NCBI GenBank assembly: GCA_022822205.1
Contig: JAJECC010000062.1
Span: 1,831 to 65,830 of the forward strand
Direction: 5' to 3'
DNA length: 64,000 nt
Source of the DNA: Rhodospirillales bacterium
Lineage (GTDB): Bacteria; Pseudomonadota; Alphaproteobacteria; Rhodospirillales; UBA2165
A model generated the notes under the pieces. It was given only the letters and a program-made list of their open reading frames with translations, was not told the origin of the DNA and did not search any database. The translations under genes were made by a program, and so were the position numbers. Positions 47,468 to 55,900 of this stretch are shown in pieces. The stretch's first letter is position 1. Every line of letters begins with the position of its first letter.

Positions 47468-48067
47468 CTACGCCCGAAATCTTGCGATCAGTTTCCACGC
47501 GCCCGGCAGCACCGCGGCGGCCAGCGCGATCTTGAACACCTCGCCCAGGAGGAACGGCATCACGCCGAAGGCCCAGGCTTTTTCGGAGCCGATCAGCACG
47601 GCGAGCCAAACATAGCCGGGCACGAAGATGATCACCGTGCCGATGACCATGGCCGCGAGGGTCATGGGGATCGAGCGGTCCCAGCCCTTTTCGCCGAGCC
47701 GGCCGGCGATCCCGGCGGCGAGTACGAAGCCCGCCAGATAGCCGCCCGTCGGGCCGGCCATGTAGGCGAGGCCGATGCCCTTCTCCGGCGTGCCCGCGAA
47801 CACCGGCAGGCCGGCCGCGCCCTCGGCGAGGTAGAGAGCCACCGTGGCGCCGCCCAGCTTCCAGCCGTAGGCCATGCCGATGACCAGCACGGCGAAGGTC
47901 TGCATCGTCATGGGGACCGGATAGAACGGCACCTGGATCTTGGCCGAGACGGTCAGCAGCACGGTGCCCGCGATGGCGAGGATCGCCATGCGGAGCCAGC
48001 TGCCGGCGGCCCCCGGCCAGGCCGAGCCGATCAGGGTGGGATGAACCGTGTTGTCGTGGGTCGCCAT
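47468..48067 (-). CDS. bioY: Biotin transporter BioY
   Basis: Has the BioY pattern VPFYPVPMTMQTFAVLV.G...G...G......YL..GA.GLPVFAG. Confidence 0.88.
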   Translation of the reverse strand: MATHDNTVHPTLIGSAWPGAAGSWLRMAILAIAGTVLLTVSAKIQVPFYPVPMTMQTFAVLVIGMAYGWKLGGATVALYLAEGAAGLPVFAGTPEKGIGLAYMAGPTGGYLAGFVLAAGIAGRLGEKGWDRSIPMTLAAMVIGTVIIFVPGYVWLAVLIGSEKAWAFGVMPFLLGEVFKIALAAAVLPGAWKLIARFRA

Positions 48068-48140
48068 TGTTTCCCCCAACTGTTTGGTGTTGAACCGGCT
48101 TCTAGTGATCGCGGCCGATCAAGTCAATGTTCGCGCCCAT

Positions 48141-50375
48141 TTACCCGAACTTGTTGGAGCGCGGAAAGCCCTTCGGCGGCAGCCGCCCGGCCTGCGCGCG
48201 CTTGCCCCGCCAGGCCAGGAGATCGGTTTCGGTCCGCACCCCGGCGCCGGTGATCCAGGTGAGCCCGTCGGCGAGGGTGAAGGTCTTGATGTCCGACAAA
48301 CCGCCGTCCTTGTAGCGCTGCAGGAAGACGCCCCGCCCCCGCGCCATCTCGGGCACGTCCGCCAGCGGGAACAGCAGCAGTCTCCGGTTCTCGCCGATCA
48401 CCGCGACCGTGTCCCCCCCGACGATGCAGGCGCCCGCCCCCTCTTCGTCGCCGGAGACGTTGAGGATCTGCTTGCCGCCCCTGGTCGAGGCGACCACGTC
48501 GTCTTCGGAGACCACGAAACCCCGCCCGGTGGACGACGCCACCAGCAGCTTGGTTCCCGGCTTGTGGATGAACAGCGCGACCACGTCCTGATCGTTGCCG
48601 AGATCGATCATCAGCCGCACGGGCTCGCCGTAGCCCCGACCGCCCGGCAGCTTGTCGCAGGCGATGGTGTAGCAGCGTCCGTCGGTGGCGAAGACGATCA
48701 GCTTGTCGGTGGTTTCGGCCTTCAGCGCGAACCTGCCCTTGTCGCCTTCCTTGTATTTGACGTCGCCGACGTCGTCCAAATGTCCCCGCGCGGCCTTGAT
48801 CCAGCCCTTGTCGGAGCAGAGGATGGTGATCGGCTCCTTCTCGATCAGCGCCTCAACCGGCACGTCGACGGCCGCCGGCGCATCGCCGATTTCGGTGCGG
48901 CGCCCGCCGAGGGCGGTCTTGGCGCCGAAGCGCTTGCGGATATCGTCGATCTGGCCGGAGATCGCCTTCCAGCGGAGCTTGGGATCCTTGAGCAGTTTGT
49001 CGAGCTCGGCGCGCTCTCCGGTCAGCGCCGAATGCTCGCCCCTGATCTCCATCTCCTCCAGTTTGCGCAGGCTCCTGAGACGCATGTTGAGGATGGCGTC
49101 CGCCTGGCCATCGGTCAGCTTGAAGGCCCTGACGAGCTCGGCCTTGGCGTCGTCCTCCTCGCGGATGATCCTGATCACCTCGTCGAGGTTGAGGTAGGCG
49201 GCCAGATAGCCCTCCAGCACCTCGAGCCGGGCGGCGATCCTGCCCAGGCGATGTTCGGTGCGCCGCTCCAGCACTTCGTGGCGGTGATCGAGGAAGGCCT
49301 GAAGAACCTCGCGGAGGTTCATCACCCTCGGCGTCTTGTCCGCGTCCAGCACGTTCATGTTGAGCCCGAACCGGGTTTCCAGATCGGTCTGCCTGAACAG
49401 CTGCTCCATCAGCAGGCCGGGCTCCACCGAGCGGCTCTTGGGCGCCAGCACGAGACGCACGTCCTCGGTGCTTTCGTCGACCACGTCCTCGAGGAACGGC
49501 AGTTTCTTGGCGTCCATCAGCTCGGCGATGCGCTCCACCAGCCGCGCCTTCTGCACCTGGTAGGGAATCTCGGTGACCACGATCTGATACTGGCCGCGGC
49601 CCAGCGTCTCGGTCTTCCATCTGGCGCGGATGCGGAACGAGCCCCGCCCGATCTTGTAGGCCGCCTCGACGGTTTTCCGGTCCTCCACCAGTATGCCGCC
49701 GGTCGGGAAGTCGGGCCCGGGCATGAAGCCGACCAGCTTGCCGACGGTGGCCTTCGGAAACTTGATCAGGTGAAGCAGCGCCCGGCAGATTTCGTCGGCG
49801 TTGTGGGGCGGAATGTTGGTCGCCATGCCGACGGCGATGCCGGTGGCGCCGTTGGCCAGAAGGTTCGGGAATCCCGCCGGCATGACCGCCGGCTCCGACT
49901 CCTCGCCGTCATAGGTTTCCCGGAAACCGACGGCGTCCTCGTCGAGCCCCTCCATCATCAGGGTGGCGATTTCGGTCATCCGCGCTTCGGTGTAGCGCAT
50001 GGCGGCGGCGTTATCGCCGTCGATATTGCCGAAATTCCCCTGCCCGTCGATCAGCGGATAGCGCACGGCGAAGCCCTGCGCGAGGCGCACCAGCGCGTCG
50101 TAGACGGCGGTGTCGCCGTGGGGGTGGTACTTGCCGATGACGTCGCCCACCACCCGGGCGCATTTCTTGAAGCCCTGGTCCGGATCGAGCCTGAGCTGGC
50201 GCATGGCGAACAGCAGCCGCCGGTGGACCGGCTTCAGGCCGTCGCGCACGTCCGGCAGGGAGCGGGACATGATGATCGACAGGGCGTAGCTCAGATACCG
50301 CTCGGAGATCGCCTCGGCGAGGCGGGTATCGCGGATATCGCCGGCGGGCGCGGCGGGCAGGGTGTCAGTGGCCAT
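48141..50375 (-). CDS. parC: DNA topoisomerase IV subunit A
   Basis: Reads [27 protein letters not shown], with the catalytic Tyr context AAMRYTE. At 744 aa it is ParC-sized rather than GyrA-sized. Confidence 0.9.
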   Translation of the reverse strand: MATDTLPAAPAGDIRDTRLAEAISERYLSYALSIIMSRSLPDVRDGLKPVHRRLLFAMRQLRLDPDQGFKKCARVVGDVIGKYHPHGDTAVYDALVRLAQGFAVRYPLIDGQGNFGNIDGDNAAAMRYTEARMTEIATLMMEGLDEDAVGFRETYDGEESEPAVMPAGFPNLLANGATGIAVGMATNIPPHNADEICRALLHLIKFPKATVGKLVGFMPGPDFPTGGILVEDRKTVEAAYKIGRGSFRIRARWKTETLGRGQYQIVVTEIPYQVQKARLVERIAELMDAKKLPFLEDVVDESTEDVRLVLAPKSRSVEPGLLMEQLFRQTDLETRFGLNMNVLDADKTPRVMNLREVLQAFLDHRHEVLERRTEHRLGRIAARLEVLEGYLAAYLNLDEVIRIIREEDDAKAELVRAFKLTDGQADAILNMRLRSLRKLEEMEIRGEHSALTGERAELDKLLKDPKLRWKAISGQIDDIRKRFGAKTALGGRRTEIGDAPAAVDVPVEALIEKEPITILCSDKGWIKAARGHLDDVGDVKYKEGDKGRFALKAETTDKLIVFATDGRCYTIACDKLPGGRGYGEPVRLMIDLGNDQDVVALFIHKPGTKLLVASSTGRGFVVSEDDVVASTRGGKQILNVSGDEEGAGACIVGGDTVAVIGENRRLLLFPLADVPEMARGRGVFLQRYKDGGLSDIKTFTLADGLTWITGAGVRTETDLLAWRGKRAQAGRLPPKGFPRSNKFG

Positions 50376-50473
50376 GGCGCTGCTCTGCTTCGTTTGGCGT
50401 TTCTTGTAGGTGCGGTGTCTTCAATATACCAAATCTTGTGTCTGCAACAGGGATTTCCGGGTTCACGGGCGGC

Positions 50474-51211
50474 TCACGCCTGCCGGCTCGCCCTGGCCGC
50501 GAGCCGGGTTCGCGCCGGCGGCACCCCCCGGGCGTCGTGGATGAAGGCATGGCGCTCCAGGAAGTAGCCGGTGAGCGTCAGCCCGTCGGCGATTTCGCCG
50601 GCCGGATTTTCGCTCTCTACGCCCCGGGCCGGGTCGTCGAGCAGGAACGCCGGCAGGGCCAGCAGCTTGTCCTTGTAGGTCTCGCCCGCCGCCCGCGAAA
50701 CCGCGCGGCCCGATTTGGGCGAGACGTAGGCTAGGCCCGTCCCGCCGCCGCCGCCCGCGCATTCGGAGAGATCGAGGCCGAACCCCATGTCGGCCAGGAG
50801 ATCCCGCTCCCACAGGACATAGGATTTCAGCCAGTCATCGCGGCCCAGCCCGGCGATAAATTCCGACAGCCTGACGTAGGTCTCGGGGTGCGGCTCCCGC
50901 TCCGGCAGCGCCGCTTCGGCCACCGCGCAAACCGCCGACAGGCCCGCGAGCCGCATGGGATCGTCCAGCCACTCCGCCGCGCTCGCCTGAAGCAACTCGC
51001 AGGTATAGTTTCCGAGATGCTCTTCCAGCCGCGCCTTCCAGGCCGCCCGCACGCGGTTGCCGGGCTCGTAGATGCCCCGCGCCCGCTTTCCGGCCCCGCC
51101 GCGGACCAGGCCCGCATGGCGGCCGTGTCCCTCGGTGAGCAGGTTGACGATCGCCGCGCTCTCGCCGTGCTTCCGCGCGCTCAGGACGATGCCCTCGTCG
51201 GTCCAGTCCAT
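50474..51211 (-). CDS. recO: DNA repair protein RecO
   Basis: The translation MDWTDEGIVLSARKHGESAAIV.LLT..HGR fits. Confidence 0.9.
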   Translation of the reverse strand: MDWTDEGIVLSARKHGESAAIVNLLTEGHGRHAGLVRGGAGKRARGIYEPGNRVRAAWKARLEEHLGNYTCELLQASAAEWLDDPMRLAGLSAVCAVAEAALPEREPHPETYVRLSEFIAGLGRDDWLKSYVLWERDLLADMGFGLDLSECAGGGGGTGLAYVSPKSGRAVSRAAGETYKDKLLALPAFLLDDPARGVESENPAGEIADGLTLTGYFLERHAFIHDARGVPPARTRLAARASRQA

Positions 51212-51302
51212 CAGGACCGTCCAATTCCCTTTGAGCTATGCAAATTTTGCAACTCGCAACCCATTGAAATCAAACAATTCCAAATTTCGCTGTTTGCCGC
51301 CG

Positions 51303-51340
51303 AATGGACATTCATGGACATTTATGGACAAACATGGACA
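51303..51340. repeat. Four phased 10-bp direct repeats (ATGGACATTC / ATGGACATTT / ATGGACAAAC / ATGGACATTT)
   Basis: ATGGACA starts at 51303, 51313, 51323 and 51333, which is exact 10-bp spacing. The block sits in an AT-rich tract 92..129 nt upstream of the recO ATG. Confidence 0.85.
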
Positions 51341-51388
51341 TTTTCATCCCTCTCGATATGCGCCTGACGCATAGCTCCCGCGGCGCCC

Positions 51389-51463
51389 GGCCGGCCATTC
51401 CAGCCGCGATTCGCGGATATCGGTTCGAGGGCTATATATAGGCAGGAAATGCGCCGGGCGGGA
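51389..51463. repeat. Imperfect direct repeat, copy A (partner at 52598..52683)
   Basis: CGGCCGGCCATTCCAGCCGCGATTCGC...CGGTTCGAGGGCTATATATAGGCAGGAAATGCGCCGGGCGGGA aligns with copy B, with two small indels. Confidence 0.8.
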
Positions 51464-51526
51464 GGGGCTCGCGTTGATTTCGCGCCCGGTCATCGCCGGC
51501 TCGATACCGCCGCCGCCATGCAAATC

Positions 51527-51844
51527 TTACGCGACCGCGCCGAGACCGTTCTTCGCCACCAGCGTAAGAAGCTTCAGCGAGGCGCCGCGCGGGCGCTTCT
51601 CGCCGCGCTCCCACTGACTCACAAGGCCCGTGGTCACGTTCAGGTAGCGCGCGAACACCGCCTGGCTCGCCTGCTCGCGCAGACGGAGCGCGCGGATGTC
51701 CCCGGGCGTCATCTCCTTGACCGGTGTGAGGCACATCTCGTCGAACTTCCGCATGGTCTGTTTCGACATCAGGCCGGCCTCGGCCAGACCTTCCGCCGCC
51801 TCGTGCACGGACGCCAGCGCCTCACTCTTGTATTGCTTGGTCAT
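51527..51844 (-). CDS. XRE/HigA-like HTH antitoxin
   Basis: Has the C-terminal HTH LRLREQASQAVFARYLNVTTGLVSQWERGEKRPRGASLKLL. It overlaps the upstream toxin gene by 23 nt. Confidence 0.8.
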   Translation of the reverse strand: MTKQYKSEALASVHEAAEGLAEAGLMSKQTMRKFDEMCLTPVKEMTPGDIRALRLREQASQAVFARYLNVTTGLVSQWERGEKRPRGASLKLLTLVAKNGLGAVA

Positions 51845-52211
51845 CGCAATTCACCTCGATTATCGTTCCCGTGGCCCGCACCGCCTTCAGCCCCGCGTCG
51901 TCCAGCGACAGATACTCGTGGGCCAGTAGCCGGTACGCCACCAGCTCGTCGCGCCGCAGGTTGTCCCGGTCGCTCTTGGCAAACCCGTGCACGAAGAACG
52001 CCAGTTCGCCCCGGCGGAACAGCACGATCATGCGGAACCCGCCGGACCGGCCGCCGCCCCTGCGGGCAATACGCTGCTTGATGACGCCGCCGCCGAGATC
52101 GGCGTCGATCAGCCCCTCTCCGGCGCGCCGGACGGCCTCGCACAGCGCCGCATCCTCCACCCCCTCGCGGTCCGCGAACCGGGCGAACGCCTTGGTCTTG
52201 AACGTATGCAA
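51822..52211 (-). CDS. RelE/ParE-superfamily toxin (COG4737-like), toxin-first gene order
   Basis: MHTFKTKAFARFADREGVEDAALCEAV...GLIDADLGGGVIKQRIAR.G.G.SGG.R....FRRGELAFFVHGFAKSDRDN matches a widespread RelE-like family that pairs with an HTH antitoxin. Confidence 0.8.
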   Translation of the reverse strand: MHTFKTKAFARFADREGVEDAALCEAVRRAGEGLIDADLGGGVIKQRIARRGGGRSGGFRMIVLFRRGELAFFVHGFAKSDRDNLRRDELVAYRLLAHEYLSLDDAGLKAVRATGTIIEVNCDDQAIQE

Positions 52212-52357
52212 CCTGACCCTCGCGCGCCTTTTTCATCATGCCGGGGAATATAGCACCGAGTGTCATAAAATTCAATTCCCGGAGGTGAAAGGGTGGTGGC
52301 CTTTTCTTGCGGAACTGGCTAAGACATGACCGGTTTCACGACCATGTGAGGTCTTTC

Positions 52358-52594
52358 ATGGTTACGGTCAATCTGGCTCAGGCCAAAGCGCGTCTCAGCG
52401 AACTCCTCGACATGGTGGAGGCCGGTCAGGAGGTGGTCATCACCCGCTGCGGCAAAGCCGTGGCGCGCCTGTCCGCCGTCCGGCCCAAGAAACCGATCCC
52501 GCTGCAAGAACTGGAAGGGTTTCGGGCGGCCATGCCGCGGTTGCGCCGCCCCTCCGCCGAACTGCTGCGGGCGGCTCGGGACGAGCGGATTTGA
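52358..52594 (+). CDS. Phd/YefM family antitoxin, no cognate toxin gene downstream
   Basis: Reads MVTVNLAQAKARLSELLDMVEAGQEVVITRCGKAVARL, with GAGG 7 nt upstream of the ATG. Repeat copy B follows directly, rather than a PIN, Doc or YoeB ORF. Confidence 0.8.
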   Translation: MVTVNLAQAKARLSELLDMVEAGQEVVITRCGKAVARLSAVRPKKPIPLQELEGFRAAMPRLRRPSAELLRAARDERI

Positions 52595-52597
52595 GAT

Positions 52598-52683
52598 CGG
52601 CCGGGCCATTCTAGCCGCGATTCGCCAAGCGGAAATCAAAACCGGTTCGCGGGTCATATAGGCAGGAAATGCGGCGGGCGGGA
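52598..52683. repeat. Imperfect direct repeat, copy B (partner at 51389..51463)
   Basis: CGGCCGGGCCATTCTAGCCGCGATTCGCCAAGCGGAAATCAAAACCGGTTCGCGGGTCATATAGGCAGGAAATGCGGCGGGCGGGA. Confidence 0.8.
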
Positions 52684-52695
52684 AACGCCCAATCT

Positions 52696-52839
52696 TCACG
52701 CCACCCGCGCCGTGTGGTTGGCGGCGCCGAGCTTGCGGTAGAGGTTTTGCAGGTAAACTTTCACCCTCTTGAACTGGAGACCGAACTCTGCGGCGATCGG
52801 GCAGAACTTGCTCAGAGCTGCAAACAAGATCACACTGAA
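52696..52839 (-). pseudogene. 3' fragment of a LuxR/GerE-type HTH regulator gene
   Basis: A 47-codon open frame is bounded upstream by TAA (52840..52842). It translates as ...PIAAEFGLQFKRVKVYLQNLYRKLGAANHTARVA*, which matches the recognition-helix half of the GerE HTH (IA..LG.S..TVK.H..NI..KLG). The LT.RE helix and the whole N-terminal domain are missing. Confidence 0.6.
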
Positions 52840-52975
52840 TTAGCAAATACCAGCAATTGCATAAACCAAACCACTAGAACCGCTTTGCTTGCTAAAAGGC
52901 CAGCGGACCAAACAGAATGCCCAAATCGAAACTTCGGATGAAAATCACACCCTCATAAAGAGGTCTGTCAAATAG

Positions 52976-55900
52976 ATGACTTCAAATTATCACGAAATCC
53001 ACTCAGAGAATGAGCGGAGGTATGGAACCGACATTGGGCGAATTGGGCCTATGTTGCTTACCAACCGATATGATGATCGAACCCATTTCATCTTCGAACT
53101 ACTCCAAAACGCGGAAGACGCGCTAGCGCGGCGAAACGGCTGGGACGGTGAAAAATCGATTAGCTTCTTGTTATCAGATGGCAATCTCAAAATATCTCAT
53201 TACGGAGAGCCGTTCAGCGAACCCGACGTAAGAGGTATCTGCGGAATTGACGAAAGCACCAAGGAGCTGACCGATATCGGTACTTTTGGGATCGGTTTCA
53301 AATCCGTCTACGCGTTCACTGACAGACCGGAAGTTCATTCGGGTGAGGAAGACTTCGCGATAGAGAATTTCGTGTGGCCTGTATCGGCGTCGAGTGTGCG
53401 GAGGAAAACAGACGAAACCATTATCATCCTGCCATTGAAGAAAGATGATGAGGACGCAGCTGAGGAAATCACAATTGCGCTCAAGCTTCTCGGCGCGCGC
53501 ACCCTTCTATTTCTGCGTCATCTGCAAGAGATTAGTTGGCGGGTGAGACAAGGTCCTTCCGGTCTGTATATGCGGACCGAGCCTGAGAAGCTGGATGATG
53601 GGATACGTAAGCTAACTCTAATTGGCCAAGAAGAAGACGAAGACGATACCGAGGAAAGTTGGCTGGTATTTTCTCGAGAAGCAAAAGACAGCAATGGCGC
53701 CCTCGCGGGTCATGTGGAGCTGGCCTTCCTTACCTCCACAGATGAAGAAACAGGGACGACCAAACTGGTCCCTGTGGGCGAGTCCCGGCTGATCGCCTAC
53801 TTCCCGACGATGGTCGAGACCCATATGGGCTTCTTAATGCAAGGGCCGTATCGGACCACCCCGAGCAGAGATAACATTCCGCGTCGGGATGAATGGAACA
53901 GGCATCTGATTGCCGAAACAGCAGACCTGTTGTGCGAGGCGTTGCGGTGGCTGCGCGACAGGCGGTGGCTCAATGTGACCGTGCTGGAGACACTTCCCCT
54001 CGACCAAGAGAAATTTGACGAAGCTCATTTGTTCAGACCAATGTTCGAGGCAACACGTGAAGCGCTCCTGACGGAGCCTTTGCTGCCTCGGTTCAAGGGG
54101 GAATATGTCTCCGGGAACAATGCCAAATTAGCCCGTGGTCGGGATTTGCTGGACCTGTTTACTCCTAATCAACTAGCAGAGTTATTCGAATCTGAAGGAG
54201 AAGTTTGTTGGCTAACGGAGGAGATAACTCAGGACCGGTCACCCGAGGTACGTAGTTACTTGATCCAAGAGTTGGATATTCAGGAGTTCACCGCCGAGTC
54301 GATCGTTCCACGGTTGGACGAGCAATTTTTGGTACACCAGTCTGATGAATGGATTCAAAAGCTCTATGTCTTTCTTGCCGACCGGCCAGCATTGCAAAAA
54401 ATCCTCTCTTCCATCCCTCTCGTACGTCTTGAAGATGAATCTCATACTGTCGCGCTAGCACATGGTAAACCGCAGGCGTTCCTACCGAGCACGGTCAAAA
54501 CCGAGTTTGCGACGGTTAGGTCATCGGTTTGCAATTCGGACGAGGCGCTGGAGTTTCTTCGGTCTCTCGGTCTCACGGAACCAAACGCTGTCGACGACAT
54601 CGTCCTGAACGTCCTGCCTAGGTACGAAGCAGATGAACTGTCGCTTGAGGAGGGCGAATACGCCTCCGACATTGGTCGGATTCTGGCAGCCTTCAAAACG
54701 GATTCCACGTCTCAGCGCGAAAAGTTGGCACAAGCACTTCAAGAAGTGGCATTCGTCATGTCGGTCGATTGTGGGACCGGCGAAAAATTCCTTGCCAAGC
54801 CTAGGGAAACCTATGTCGCGACGGAGCGATTGAGTGCGTTGTTTTCGGGGGTTTCCGGCGTATTGATCGTCGACTCCGAGTACGAATGCCTTCGTGGGGA
54901 GTCGATCCGAGATCTATTGGAAGCATGCGGTGCAACCCGCTATTTGCAGCCCGTCGCCATGGCTCCGGACTTCGATTGGCAGGAGCGCAGAGAAATGCGC
55001 ATTAAGGCCGGATGCAATGATTGGAGTTATGACGTAGAAACTTTGGACTATTCGCTTAGAGGTCTCGACGAACTTCTTGGTTCGATATCATCTTTCGATC
55101 AGGAGGTACGAATATCCAAGGCCGCCTTCCTTTGGCAATCACTGCGTGACCTGCATGAACGGCGCGGTGGCGGCGTGTTTCAGGGCACGTACGAGTGGTT
55201 TTACTATCGTAGTCGGTCTACTTCGTTTCCTGCATATTTCATCCGAGAGCTAAATAAGCGGGAGTGGATTCCTTTAGAGGACAGAGAACTGCACAGACCT
55301 GAAGTGTTGGGGTTTGATGCACTGGATTGGCCGAAGGATCACTTTCTCTTGGATCGGATCACTTTCAAGCCCGCCGCAATTGACAATCTCGCCCAGGAGG
55401 CGGGGATCGAACCTGAGGTTCTGGAATTTCTGAAGCGTTATGGCCTCACGAACATCGACGAACTAAAGTCGCATCTCGATATTGAAGACATCTCGCCCTC
55501 GGACAAAACTGGCGATGAGACAAATTCTCCCCCTCCTGATGACGATGAAGCGGGAGACGATGAAACTGAGCATGACAATAACAACGACGAGACGCATGGT
55601 AGTCATGGCCCGGTGGGAAGAGGAAATGGAACAGGCGGCGGTGCGGGAACCGGCTCACCGAGCGGGACAAAGCACTCTGGTTCCACTGGGGGAAAACGCA
55701 AACCGGCTGCGAACTCCGGCAGGGATAATTTCATTTCGTATGTAGCGGTTGCAAACGCAGATGAAGACCCTGACCCGGACGGACTGACGTCAGAGAAGCG
55801 GATGGCACTCGAGGAAAAGGCCATTAGCTTCATTCTGGACGATGAGCCCGAATTGGAGCGGACGTCTACCGGCAATCCGGGCTATGACCTCTTCGAAGCC

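Noticed and set aside
45660-47609. 649-aa ORF on the minus strand
   Set aside because: It is antisense to the TRAP large permease. It is extremely Arg/Gly/Asp/His-rich with no motifs.
48048-50567. 839-aa ORF on the plus strand
   Set aside because: It is antisense to parC, which has unmistakable topoisomerase motifs. It has no recognisable motifs and a biased composition.
51303-51340. Possible CRISPR or minisatellite
   Set aside because: The units are only 10 bp with no spacers, so this is a phased binding-site-like array rather than a CRISPR. No cas genes are present in the window.
51389-52683. Idea that the two ~80-bp repeats are integron attC sites marking gene cassettes
   Set aside because: On the relevant strand I could not find the RYYYAAC / GTTRRRY core sites or the expected imperfect internal dyad organisation. 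There is also no intI or attI nearby.
51449-52941. ORFs 51449..52081 (210 aa) and 52669..52941 (90 aa), which both begin MRRAG inside the repeat copies
   Set aside because: The shared start is just a consequence of the DNA repeat. Both run antisense through better-supported genes (the HigA-like antitoxin, the RelE-like toxin and the LuxR fragment). The putative SD is only 2 nt from the ATG.
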